64,000 nucleotides of DNA. Origin: Longimicrobiales bacterium. GTDB taxonomy: Bacteria; Gemmatimonadota; Gemmatimonadetes; Longimicrobiales; Gaopeijiaceae. Below are positions 47,928 through 57,525 of this stretch, in pieces. The stretch covers positions 3,936,001 to 4,000,000 of the forward strand of contig OZ250165.1 of NCBI GenBank assembly GCA_965238005.1, read 5' to 3'. A model generated the notes under the pieces. That model did not search any database, had not been told where the DNA came from, and saw nothing but the letters and a program-made list of their open reading frames with translations. The position numbers and the translations under genes were made by a program. Every line of letters begins with the position of its first letter. The stretch's first letter is position 1.

Positions 47928-48706
47928 AGCAGCACCAGCGCCCAGAAAGCGTCCAGGACCAGAATCAGCATGCTCGCCAGCACTACCGAGCGCGTTGCGG
48001 AGATGCCGACACCCGCGGCTCCGCCACTCGTATGGAACCCGTAGAACGAACCCACGCCCGTGACGATGAGACCGAAGCTCGTGCTCTTGATCGCGGCGAA
48101 CTGCACGTCCCACGGCTCGAAGGCGAACCTGAGTCCCTTCACGAACTCGGCGCTCGACATGTCGAGCAGTGCCATGGAGGCTGCCCAGCCCGCCACGACT
48201 CCCATGGCGGTAGCGAGGATGACGACCACGGGGAACATGAGGATGCCCGCCAGCACTCGCGGCACGACCAGATAGGCCAGCGGATCGTAGGCCAGCGTCT
48301 CCAGAGCGTCGATCTGCTCGGTGACGCGCATGGTACCGATCTCCGCCGATATGCTGGCCCCCACTCGACCGGCCAGGGAGAGACCGGTCAGCACCGGTCC
48401 CAGCTCCAGGATCATCGTCTTTCCGACCAGTGTGCCGACAAAGTACATGGGGACGGCGCCCGTGATGGTGTACGAGGCCTGAAGCGCAAGAACGATGCCG
48501 GTGAAGGTCGCGATGAAGAGGGCGATGGGAACGGAGGCGACACCGACGGCCACCATCTGCGGCATCAGTTGCGGTCCCCAGATCTCGACGTTCTTCAGGG
48601 CACGCGTGGCCCCGGCGGCGAGGTACCCGGCCTTCCCCAGCGATCGGACCGCCCCCAGCGTCCAGCGGCCGAGATACCTCACGGGAGCCACGATGATGCC
48701 GTTCAT
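47924..48706 (-). CDS. mlaE: MlaE-like ABC permease
   Basis: ELGPVLT..AGRVG..AEIGTMRVTEQIDAL, GGAAGVG. Confidence 0.92.
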   Translation of the reverse strand: MNGIIVAPVRYLGRWTLGAVRSLGKAGYLAAGATRALKNVEIWGPQLMPQMVAVGVASVPIALFIATFTGIVLALQASYTITGAVPMYFVGTLVGKTMILELGPVLTGLSLAGRVGASISAEIGTMRVTEQIDALETLAYDPLAYLVVPRVLAGILMFPVVVILATAMGVVAGWAASMALLDMSSAEFVKGLRFAFEPWDVQFAAIKSTSFGLIVTGVGSFYGFHTSGGAAGVGISATRSVVLASMLILVLDAFWALVLL

Positions 48707-48904
48707 GGACGCAAGATAGCCGAGCCGCGAACACGGTGGCTAGGGCGCCAGGACATGAGTACGGTTACGCACCGAGAGGGCCGAAGCGCTCGATCCGGGG
48801 CACCCGCGCCGGAGGCGTGGGTCAGGCACGAGGAGGAGGAATAGCACCGCGACAATGCGCGTGTGGAGGGGTCGACAGGTGGGGTGGAAAGGGTGCGCCG
48901 TGAC

Positions 48905-49264
48905 TCAGCCGCGTGACGCCATGGGCATGTCGTCTTCCAGCGTATACAAGACTTCTTCGGCGCGGCCGTCCGACCTGGGGACCATGCAGGTAACCTGAAC
49001 CCGGGACACGAGGTGGTACGGGTCCGACACCGCCACCTCCATGTCCAAGCCCTGACCCGGTGACACGATCCGGGTGCGGACCCGCTCTCCGGGGCTCGCC
49101 TCGCGCCTCTTCGCAGGGTTTCGGAAGAGCGTCTTGGTGGACTGCCGGCCACTGTCCAGCGTCCGGGTGACCTTCACCAGCCGAAGCCAGTCCGGCTGAT
49201 AGTTGATCTGGTATTCGAAACCCTGCTGGTCCGCGCCCTTGCCCTCCCGGTTGTGCCTCCCCAT
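48905..49264 (-). CDS. Hypothetical protein (119 aa)
   Basis: GGAGG RBS, upstream TTGACA promoter element, coding-like composition. Confidence 0.75.
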   Translation of the reverse strand: MGRHNREGKGADQQGFEYQINYQPDWLRLVKVTRTLDSGRQSTKTLFRNPAKRREASPGERVRTRIVSPGQGLDMEVAVSDPYHLVSRVQVTCMVPRSDGRAEEVLYTLEDDMPMASRG

Positions 49265-49297
49265 GTCGCCTCCGATGAAAATAGCAAAAAAGCGAGA

Positions 49298-49334
49298 GGT
49301 AAACGAATGTTTACCAGATTCACAAAATTGTCAA
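49298..49334 (-). promoter_or_regulatory. Promoter with overlapping palindromic operator
   Basis: Minus-strand TTGACA at 49329-49334; GGTAAAC-gaat-GTTTACC at 49298-49315 covers the expected -10/+1 region. Confidence 0.6.
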
Positions 49335-49413
49335 GTTTCTTCTCTCGAAAAACCAGAAAGCGCTCTTGGCATTTGATATTTCTCCGCATGTGGCGGAATG
49401 AATTCGCATCGAC

Positions 49414-50574
49414 TTACAAGCGAACGGGGAGCGGGACAAAAGTCAGAAAAAAGATCAAGATGGCCGACCAGGCGATGACGGTCCGGATGGGCCCCAGCAT
49501 CACTTGGGGCTGAAGCACCTTCGGATGAGCAAGGCGTCCGCGACTGACGAGGACGGCGAGTCCAGCCCACAGCCACCAGCCCCACCACAGCCGTCCAAGG
49601 GGGAGCAGGGCCAGCAGGAGAGCGGGCGCCGCCCACCGCTGCACCCCTCTCGAGAGAGCGTACAGGATGTGGCCGCCGTCCAGTTGACCGAACGGAAGCA
49701 GGTTGAGAAAAGTGACGAACAAGCCGAGCCAAGCCGCAAAGGCCACTGGATGGAGGAGAATCGGGTTCACGCCCAGGTCGGCGGGGAAAAAAAGGTAGAG
49801 GATCCCCTGCACCAGGAAGCCCGAGCCCAACCGGATTGGCTGGCCCGCGAACTCCACGACCATGGGCATCCATGCGTCGGCCGGCCCGTTGACCGTTCCC
49901 GAGAGCGCTAGTCCGGCGAAGAGCAAGAGAACGGAGAGGACGAAGCTCGCGATGGGACCGCCGACGCCGATGTCGAGGAGAATGGAGCGCCTCACGAGGG
50001 GCCCGCGTATGCGGATGAAGGCGCCCAGCGTGCCTATGACAGAGTAGTAGGCGGGGAACGGGATGAAGTATGGGAGACTGGCTCGGACCTGGTGCCGTCT
50101 CGCCATGAGGAAATGGCCCATCTCGTGGGCCATCAGGATGGACATCAGCGTGAGGGCGAACGGTACACCGGCCGCCATCCCCACCCAGTCCACCGTGGTT
50201 GGCACCGGAATCCACGCGCTCCCGACGTCGACGAACTCCGTCGCCATGGGATCGATCCCTCGCAGGAGCGCACCCGCCATGAGCATCGTGAAGAACGTAA
50301 GCAGAAGAAGGGCGCCGTGGATCAGCCAGGGCCGGGGCGCCCGTGTCCGGCTCGGTCGCAGCAGAACGACCTCGACACCCTCTTCCGTGTTCGCCAGATA
50401 CGTGGGACCGCCCCAGTCCCCGAGGGCCTCCACGACGACGGTGTCCTCGGCTGTCAGGTCGTCTCTGAGCTCGCCGACGACGAGCTCCGTGTCACCCACC
50501 AGACCCATGCGGTACGTGGCCAAGATGGTCATCCAGGTCCCGGATGCGCTCTTGACCCCCTCGCCGTCTCCCAT
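49414..50574 (-). CDS. Site-2 protease (M50)
   Basis: HEMGH, GTLGAFI, NLLPFGQLDGGH. Confidence 0.92.
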   Translation of the reverse strand: MGDGEGVKSASGTWMTILATYRMGLVGDTELVVGELRDDLTAEDTVVVEALGDWGGPTYLANTEEGVEVVLLRPSRTRAPRPWLIHGALLLLTFFTMLMAGALLRGIDPMATEFVDVGSAWIPVPTTVDWVGMAAGVPFALTLMSILMAHEMGHFLMARRHQVRASLPYFIPFPAYYSVIGTLGAFIRIRGPLVRRSILLDIGVGGPIASFVLSVLLLFAGLALSGTVNGPADAWMPMVVEFAGQPIRLGSGFLVQGILYLFFPADLGVNPILLHPVAFAAWLGLFVTFLNLLPFGQLDGGHILYALSRGVQRWAAPALLLALLPLGRLWWGWWLWAGLAVLVSRGRLAHPKVLQPQVMLGPIRTVIAWSAILIFFLTFVPLPVRL

Positions 50575-50750
50575 TAGAATCGACTCGATTCCCTCAATAA
50601 ACTCCCACGCTCGGCCCGCGCCGCATGGGCGCGGAACTCTCCATACTCTTCGCAGGTTTTGTTGTCGTGTCGCCCTCCAGCCTGACGCACTAGCCCCCGA
50701 CCTGCCGTCTCGGCCAAGAAGCCGTAGGTGGTGTGTAACCCGGAGTAGAA

Positions 50751-52004
50751 GTGGACATCGCGCAGTTAAGGAGCAAGAGCGTTGAAGACCTCCACGATTT
50801 GGCGGAGGAGCTCAACATCTCCAACTACTCAGGGCTCCGCAAGCAAGACCTTATCTTCCGCATCGAGCAGAATCTCCTCGACAACGAGGTGGTTCTCCGG
50901 GGGGAGGGGGTGCTGGAGATCTTGGCGGAGGGATACGGCTTCCTACGCTCTCAAGACTGGAACTATCTGTACGGGCCAGACGACATCTACGTCAGTCCCT
51001 CGCAGATCAAGCGCTTCGACCTCAGGACCGGGGACACCATCCTGGGTCAGGTACGGCCTCCCAAGGAAGGGGAGCGCTACCTCGCCCTGCTGAAGGTCGA
51101 GAGCGTCAACGGCGACGACCCCGACAACGCCAAGCTGCGGATCGCCTTCGACAACCTCCGGCCCCGTTATCCCGAGGACCGAATGACCCTCGAGGTTCCC
51201 GATTCGGACCTTTCCATGAGGGTCATGGACCTGGTAGCGCCGGTGGGAATGGGGCAGCGCGGACTCATCGTCTCGCCGCCCAAGGCCGGTAAGACGATGC
51301 TCCTCCAGAAGATCGCCAACTCCATCACGGCGAACCATCCGGACGTGCACCTCATCGTCCTGCTCATCGACGAACGGCCCGAGGAAGTGACGGATATGGA
51401 GGAGCACGTCGACGGCGAGGTCATCTCCTCCACGTTCGACGAGCCCGCGGATCGCCACGCACAGGTGGCCGAGATGGTGCTGGAGAAGGCGAAGCGGCTC
51501 GTGGAGCACGGAAGGAACGTGGTCGTCCTCCTCGACTCCATCACGCGACTGGCCCGGGCGTACAACGTGACCGTGCCGCACTCGGGGAAGATCCTTTCCG
51601 GCGGTGTCGATGCCAACGCCCTGCACAAGCCCAAGCGCTTCTTTGGGGCTGCCAGGAACATCGACGGCGGGGGATCCTTCACGATCATCGCTACCGCCCT
51701 GGTGGAGACCGGAAGCCGCATGGACGAGGTCATCTTCGAGGAGTTCAAGGGGACCGGGAACATGGAGTTGATCCTGGACCGCCACATCTCCGACAAGAGG
51801 ATCTTCCCGGCCATCGACATCAACCGATCCGGGACCCGGAAGGAGGAGCTCCTCCTCTCGCCCAACGAGCTGAACCGGGTATACCTCCTCCGCAACTTCC
51901 TCTCCGACATGCCCCCCACCGAGGCCATCGAATTCCTACTGGACCGCATGCGACGGACCGAGACGAATCAGGAGTTCATGGATTCCATGGCCGCCGGCGA
52001 ATGA
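50751..52004 (+). CDS. rho: Transcription termination factor Rho
   Basis: [52 protein letters not shown]. Confidence 0.98.
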   Translation: MDIAQLRSKSVEDLHDLAEELNISNYSGLRKQDLIFRIEQNLLDNEVVLRGEGVLEILAEGYGFLRSQDWNYLYGPDDIYVSPSQIKRFDLRTGDTILGQVRPPKEGERYLALLKVESVNGDDPDNAKLRIAFDNLRPRYPEDRMTLEVPDSDLSMRVMDLVAPVGMGQRGLIVSPPKAGKTMLLQKIANSITANHPDVHLIVLLIDERPEEVTDMEEHVDGEVISSTFDEPADRHAQVAEMVLEKAKRLVEHGRNVVVLLDSITRLARAYNVTVPHSGKILSGGVDANALHKPKRFFGAARNIDGGGSFTIIATALVETGSRMDEVIFEEFKGTGNMELILDRHISDKRIFPAIDINRSGTRKEELLLSPNELNRVYLLRNFLSDMPPTEAIEFLLDRMRRTETNQEFMDSMAAGE

Positions 52005-52121
52005 TGCATCTGCCGCAGATGCGGCACCCTATGTGCAAGTCAGATCCCTCAGTTCGTCTGTTGAGGTAGGCGGGAACGGTTCCTTCGGTCCCGCGACGGG
52101 ACGACTGAGGGAGGAACCACG

Positions 52122-54101
52122 ATGCGCACTTTTGCACTGGTCCTGGCGCTTCTCGCCGGACTCATGACCGACGGGCCCCAGAGCACACGCTCGCTCGGCG
52201 TGGTCATCGGCACCGTAGCCGACGCCGCGACGGCCACGCCACTGTGGGGCGTCCAGATCTACGCGGACGGCCTCATGGCGAGCACTCTCACCGCCAGGGA
52301 CGGAGGCTACCTGCTCAGGCTCCCCGCCGCGGCCACGGGTGAGGTGACGATCCGGGCCGAGCTCATCGGATACAGTTCGATGACCAAGCAGGTGAGCTTG
52401 GGCGCCGACTCGGTTCGAGTGGACTTCGCTCTCGAGTCGACGAGCCGGCAGGACCGCGTCGCCCCGACGATGGACGAATCGGCCGTGCGGAGGAGCCGTG
52501 GGGAGGATGCCGTGGTGGTCCTGTCGCAGGCTGCGGAAGCCGCTCGGAAAGCCGTGGCGACCCCGTCGGCAACCCGAGCCGTAGCGGACCAGGCAAGGCT
52601 CCTGTCGCGCCGCGAATTCGACCGCTCCGCCTATGACCTTCGAGGACGTTACAACCCGCACTTCGAGCGCGAGGGCTACGAGCGGATCTACGAGAACGAG
52701 TTCCGGGCCGTGGGGTCGAATCCCCTCTCGACCTTCGGCATCGACGTGGACCGGGCCTCCTACGCCAACGTCCGCCGCTTCATCCGCGAAGGACGGCTTC
52801 CCCCGGCCGACGCCGTTCGAATCGAAGAGCTGATCAACTACTTCACCTACGACTTTGCCGCCCCCGAGGGGCCGGATCCCTTCTCGGTCCGCACCGAAGT
52901 GGCACCTGCGCCGTGGAACCCTCTCCACCATCTGGTCCGCATCGGAATTCAGGGCCGGAAGATCGACACGGAGGACCTTCCGGCCACCAACCTCGTGTTC
53001 CTGCTCGACGTGTCGGGCTCCATGAGGCCGGCCAACAAGCTGCCCCTCCTCAAATCCGCGCTCCGGCTCCTCGTGGACCAGGTACGCCCAGAGGACCGGA
53101 TCGCCATCGTGGTGTACGCCGGAGCGGCCGGCCTGGTGCTGGAGCCGACCCCGGGCAGCGAGAAGGGGCTTATCCTGGCCGCGCTCGATCGCCTGGAGGC
53201 GGGTGGGTCCACGGCCGGAGGAGCCGGCCTCCAACTGGCCTACGACGTTGCACGGCGATATCACGTCGAGGGCGGCAACAACCGGATCATCCTCGCCACC
53301 GACGGCGACTTCAACGTCGGGGCTTCCAGCGACGCGGAGATGGTTCGCCTCATCGAGGAGCGGCGTGAGGAAGGAACGTTCCTGACGGTCCTCGGCTTCG
53401 GCACGGGGAACCTACAGGACGCGAAGATGGAGAAGCTCGCCGATCACGGGAACGGCAACTTCGCCTACATCGACACCGTGCTCGAGGCCCGGAAGGTCTT
53501 GGTGAGCGAGTTCGGCGGCACCCTGCACACCATCGCGAAGGACGTGAAGGTCCAGGTGGAGTTGAATCCCACACGGGTTCGTGCGTACCGGCTCATCGGG
53601 TACGAAAACCGCGTGCTGGCGGCCGAAGACTTCAGCGACGACACCAAAGACGCCGGCGACCTCGGTGCCGGGCATACCGTGACCGCGCTCTACGAGGTGA
53701 TCCCGGCGGGCGTGGCGAGTGCGACGCCGGTCCGGGGCCTGGACGACCTGCGATACCAGTCTACCGAGGTTCGGATCGAGGCGTCGAGCCCCGAGCTGAT
53801 GTTCGTGAAGCTGCGCTACAAGGATCCCGATGGGAAGCGGAGCCGGCTCCTCACGCACAGCGTGATGGACGGCACGACCATCCCGTCCTCGGACTTCACG
53901 TTCGCCGCCTCGGTGGCCGCCTTCGCGGTGGTCCTCCGGGACTCCAGGTACTGCGGCGCGACCGACCTGGAGGAAGTCCTCCGGTGGGCGCGGAGCTCGG
54001 TCGGAGCCGACCGGGAGGGATACCGGCGAGAGTTCCTACAGTTGGTCCGGGAGGCCCACAGGCTGTCAGCGGCGGACGAGTCCGACGGAGGGCCGAGCTG
54101 A
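52122..54101 (+). CDS. YfbK-like VWA-domain exported protein
   Basis: PLSTFGIDVD.ASY, VRIEELINYF, DVSGSM (MIDAS), LATDGDFNVG, YRLIGYENR; N-terminal carboxypeptidase-regulatory-like domain. Confidence 0.92.
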   Translation: MRTFALVLALLAGLMTDGPQSTRSLGVVIGTVADAATATPLWGVQIYADGLMASTLTARDGGYLLRLPAAATGEVTIRAELIGYSSMTKQVSLGADSVRVDFALESTSRQDRVAPTMDESAVRRSRGEDAVVVLSQAAEAARKAVATPSATRAVADQARLLSRREFDRSAYDLRGRYNPHFEREGYERIYENEFRAVGSNPLSTFGIDVDRASYANVRRFIREGRLPPADAVRIEELINYFTYDFAAPEGPDPFSVRTEVAPAPWNPLHHLVRIGIQGRKIDTEDLPATNLVFLLDVSGSMRPANKLPLLKSALRLLVDQVRPEDRIAIVVYAGAAGLVLEPTPGSEKGLILAALDRLEAGGSTAGGAGLQLAYDVARRYHVEGGNNRIILATDGDFNVGASSDAEMVRLIEERREEGTFLTVLGFGTGNLQDAKMEKLADHGNGNFAYIDTVLEARKVLVSEFGGTLHTIAKDVKVQVELNPTRVRAYRLIGYENRVLAAEDFSDDTKDAGDLGAGHTVTALYEVIPAGVASATPVRGLDDLRYQSTEVRIEASSPELMFVKLRYKDPDGKRSRLLTHSVMDGTTIPSSDFTFAASVAAFAVVLRDSRYCGATDLEEVLRWARSSVGADREGYRREFLQLVREAHRLSAADESDGGPS

Positions 54102-54111
54102 GGGGTGCGCG

Positions 54112-54654
54112 CTACTCGTCTACGGCGCCTTCGTAGCGCGGGTTCACCACCAGACGATCCCCCTCGAACACCTTCCGGTCCCACGGGAAGATGATGGTGG
54201 CGTCGGTCTCGAGGGCGAAGTAGTCCGCCTTGTAACCCTTCGTGCGAGCGAAGCTCGTGGCGGTTCGCACCTCGGAGGGATCGACGTCCCGGACGGCCGC
54301 CAGGGCGAGGCGGAGTGTGTCGCCCGATGTGGCGATCTCATCCACCAGGAGCACTCGCTTCCCCCGTGCCTGGACCGGCGCCGCCGACAGGACGGCGGGG
54401 CGCTCCAGGCTCTGCTCGTCTCCTGGTTTGCGCGAGATCTTCATGGAGTAGAAGTCCACGCGAAGGATCGACGCCACGATGGCTGCAGGGATGGCGCCTG
54501 TACGGGCGATCCCCACGACGACGTCGGGGTGATAGTCCCGGGCCACACGGAAGGCGAGAGCCCGACAGAGCTCACCGAACATCTCCCAGGACAGCTCGAG
54601 GTACTCGTCGGTGCCGCGATAGTTGGGAGCCGGCGTTGGCTGCATCTGATGCAT
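54112..54654 (-). CDS. Type I phosphoribosyltransferase
   Basis: VVGIARTG, VLLVDEIATSGDTL, IIFPW. Confidence 0.88.
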   Translation of the reverse strand: MHQMQPTPAPNYRGTDEYLELSWEMFGELCRALAFRVARDYHPDVVVGIARTGAIPAAIVASILRVDFYSMKISRKPGDEQSLERPAVLSAAPVQARGKRVLLVDEIATSGDTLRLALAAVRDVDPSEVRTATSFARTKGYKADYFALETDATIIFPWDRKVFEGDRLVVNPRYEGAVDE

Positions 54655-54783
54655 GGGCTGTGCTCCTGGCACTGGAAGGGAATGATTAAGTTAGAGGTGT
54701 GGGAATGGCACATCAATGCTTCGGTTGACCGGCTTTCCGGGGAGCGCCATCGTAAAGGCCACGCCACTCAACACCGGTGCGAC

Positions 54784-55230
54784 ATGGACGAGGCGCAGCA
54801 GAGCCGAGCGGACGATCTCTTCGAAGAGACGCTGAAGCGATCGAGCGCCAAGGACCCCCGAGAGTTCTACCGGGAGCGCCTGCGGGAGATGAAGGCCACG
54901 GACCCCGACGCATACCGCGAGGCCGTCGAATACTACCAGGAGGAGCTGATCCCCTCCATCGCGGAGAAGGGGGCCGATCCTCTGTCGGCCTGGCAGGAGT
55001 ACGGGTGCCGCCTCGCCGAGCTAAGCTGTCCTGGCAAGCCGGTGGAGGTGGACGTAACCGGACAGGCCCACCGATACCAGCCGCCGACTCCTCAGGACCG
55101 TATGATCCTTCACCTCCCGAAGGGTAGCAAGGGTCGAGCGCTGGTGGTGGGTCTGCCAGCGGAGTTGTCATCCGCCCAGCGGGCCACGTACGAGCTACTC
55201 GTCGCGGGACGCCAGCGGTTACGTGAGTAG
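54784..55230 (+). CDS. Hypothetical protein
   Basis: 148-aa ORF with host-like codon usage from ATG 54784. Confidence 0.75.
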   Translation: MDEAQQSRADDLFEETLKRSSAKDPREFYRERLREMKATDPDAYREAVEYYQEELIPSIAEKGADPLSAWQEYGCRLAELSCPGKPVEVDVTGQAHRYQPPTPQDRMILHLPKGSKGRALVVGLPAELSSAQRATYELLVAGRQRLRE

Positions 55231-55252
55231 TCGTGTGAGTAAAGGAGAACCG

Positions 55253-55537
55253 ATGCCGCATGAAAGACGAGTGAGGACGCCCATCAACATGGTTTGGGCT
55301 CCACGTCCGGGTTGGGCTACCGTCCGGCTCGTGGGTACGTGTGCTGACCGGACCCTACGCCGCGGTCAGATCGTTCTCCACACGCCCAGCGACGAGTACG
55401 ACATACCGGGCCAGGATGAAGGACTGTCGCCCGGCACGCTGGTGATCATCCTCCACGAGGCGGCACGGCTCGTGGAAGACGATCTGCATCTGGTCCCCGA
55501 GCACGCCGTCGTGGCCATCGGCGAGCCGTTGCCCTAG
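55253..55537 (+). CDS. Small hypothetical protein, possibly GroES-like fold
   Basis: AAGGAG RBS; 94 aa ending LHLVPEHAVVAI. Confidence 0.6.
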   Translation: MPHERRVRTPINMVWAPRPGWATVRLVGTCADRTLRRGQIVLHTPSDEYDIPGQDEGLSPGTLVIILHEAARLVEDDLHLVPEHAVVAIGEPLP

Positions 55538-55554
55538 TGTGGTGTCCACACTAG
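55534..55554. terminator. Perfect 21-bp CTAG-bounded palindrome between convergent genes
   Basis: CTAGTGTGG-TGT-CCACACTAG; includes the TAG stop at 55535-55537. Confidence 0.5.
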
Positions 55555-55564
55555 CCAGACGGGG

Positions 55565-57388
55565 CTACTCGGCCGGATCCTCCACCAGGTAGGCCACTCC
55601 CCACGCTCCTGTCCCCAGGTGCGTTGAGATTACCGGGGTAGCCGGTGCGCTCAGGATCTCCACGTCTCCGTACCTCTCGATCAGCCTCTCCCGAACGTCG
55701 GGGACGATGTCGGGAGCCCCCACGTGTACGATGCCGAAGCGGACCTTCTCGGGCTCCGCCCCCATGTCCTCGGCCATGACGTCCAGGAGTGCAGTCATGA
55801 CCCGCTTGCGTCCGATGGCCTTCCCTTTCGGGAGCACCTTGCCCGCGCGGTCCAGGCCGAGAATAGGCTTCACGTTCAGAAGCGTCCCGAGGAGGGCCCT
55901 CCCCGTCCCCACCCGTCCCGATGCCAACAGCCGGTCGAAGCTCTCCACCGTGAAGAGGATGCCGGATTGCGCCCGGATACGATCGAGCTCAGCGACGATC
56001 TCGTCGGGCCCCTGGCCCGTCTCGGCCAGCTCCGTCGCCTTCAGCACGAGGAGCCCTTGCAGTAGGGAGGCTCCCAGAGAGTCCATGAGCCGGACCGCCA
56101 GGGCGTCCTCCATGGAGATCGCCGCCTCCGCGGACGTGAACGTTCCCGAGAGGCTCGAGCCCAGGATCACGCCCACCACCTGCTCGGCGTCCTCGGCGGC
56201 CCTCTTGAACCCCTCCAGGAACGCACCCGGCGGCGGCTGCGAGGTGGTCGGCAGAGCCTCCTGCATGGAGAGCATCTCGTGAAACTGCTCTGCCGTCACA
56301 TCGACACCATCCCGGTAGACCCTATCCCCCGCCACGAGCATGAGGGGGACCACCTGGATGCCGTGAGCCCGGATGATTTCCTCGGGAAGGTCCGCGGCGC
56401 TGTCGGTGACGATCCCAACCGGACGGCGAGTCAGGGAAAGATGTGACGTGGCAGAGCGCCCCACAGCAGCGTGCTGGGCCTTCATGTCCTCCGCCTTGTG
56501 GGTCACCAGGTTGCCCAGCCCCTTCAGGTAGGCGAACACGTCCTGGGGGTCGTCCGTGTGGATGTGCAGCTTGAGGACGTCGCCGGAGCGGATCACGATC
56601 AACGAGTTGCCGCGTCCGCGCAGCCGCTCGCGCACCTCCAGCTGCGTGGGCAGGCGGCTCCCACGTACGAGGGCTTCGGTGCAGAAGCGGTACCGCTCTT
56701 CCCGATCAGGGTACTCCACCATGGCCACGGCGGGGAGGCTGGCCGCGAAATCGCCGGTGGCCTTGGCCGTCAGCGGATCTCCATGGAGGAAGAGAACCAC
56801 ACCCTCCAGAAGGCTCACGAATCCCTTGGCGCCTGCGTCCACCACGCCGGCGGACTTGAGCACTGGAAGGAGCTCGGGGGTCCGCGCCAGGGAGTGCTGG
56901 GCCTTTTCCAGCATGTGCTCCACCAGTGGAGCGATATCGGCCATGTGAGCCCGGGAGACGGCTTCGGCCGTCTCGCGCATGACGGTGAGTATGGTTCCCT
57001 CCACCGGTTGTTCCATGGCCGAATACAGATTCTCCACCCCGGCCGAGAGCGCGATACCGAACTCTCCCGCATCGACGCGCTGGCGATGCTCCAGTCCACC
57101 GGCGAAACCGAGAAGGAAGTGGGACAGCATCATACCGCAGTTGCCGCGGGCACCCAGAATCGCGGCCTCTGCTGCCTCCTGAGCTACGATGCCTACGGCA
57201 CGGTGCGTGCTCCGCTCCAGATAGTCCGCGATGGCCTGAACCGTGAGAGTGAGGTTGGTTCCCGTATCTCCATCCGGAACCGGAAAGACGTTGATTCGGT
57301 TGAGCTCACCGCGCTGTTGCTGTGCCCATTGGCACGCCGCCACGAGCGCCCTTCGCAGGCGTGGACCATCGATGTAGCCGATCTGCAT
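55565..57388 (-). CDS. DAK2 (FakA)-DegV (FakB) fatty acid kinase fusion
   Basis: INVFPVPDGDTGTN, ARGNCG, PVEGTILTV, VDAGA, YRFCTE; then IVTDSAADL, TTSQP, SLSGT, HLG. Confidence 0.92.
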   Translation of the reverse strand: MQIGYIDGPRLRRALVAACQWAQQQRGELNRINVFPVPDGDTGTNLTLTVQAIADYLERSTHRAVGIVAQEAAEAAILGARGNCGMMLSHFLLGFAGGLEHRQRVDAGEFGIALSAGVENLYSAMEQPVEGTILTVMRETAEAVSRAHMADIAPLVEHMLEKAQHSLARTPELLPVLKSAGVVDAGAKGFVSLLEGVVLFLHGDPLTAKATGDFAASLPAVAMVEYPDREERYRFCTEALVRGSRLPTQLEVRERLRGRGNSLIVIRSGDVLKLHIHTDDPQDVFAYLKGLGNLVTHKAEDMKAQHAAVGRSATSHLSLTRRPVGIVTDSAADLPEEIIRAHGIQVVPLMLVAGDRVYRDGVDVTAEQFHEMLSMQEALPTTSQPPPGAFLEGFKRAAEDAEQVVGVILGSSLSGTFTSAEAAISMEDALAVRLMDSLGASLLQGLLVLKATELAETGQGPDEIVAELDRIRAQSGILFTVESFDRLLASGRVGTGRALLGTLLNVKPILGLDRAGKVLPKGKAIGRKRVMTALLDVMAEDMGAEPEKVRFGIVHVGAPDIVPDVRERLIERYGDVEILSAPATPVISTHLGTGAWGVAYLVEDPAE

Positions 57389-57525
57389 CGAGCAAAGATC
57401 GAGAGCGCCCTCGACCCGCGCAACGCGGCCCAACGCGGCCCGCCCGAGGAAGCGATGCGTGCGCCGTCCGGAGTCGCCATATTGCTAGATCTTCAAGCAG
57501 CATTCCACGACGCCATGGAAGAGAG

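Noticed and set aside
52046..52111. SRP (4.5S) RNA or tRNA
   Set aside because: Lacks the SRP domain-IV CAGG..GGAA..AGCAG motif and a cloverleaf on either strand.
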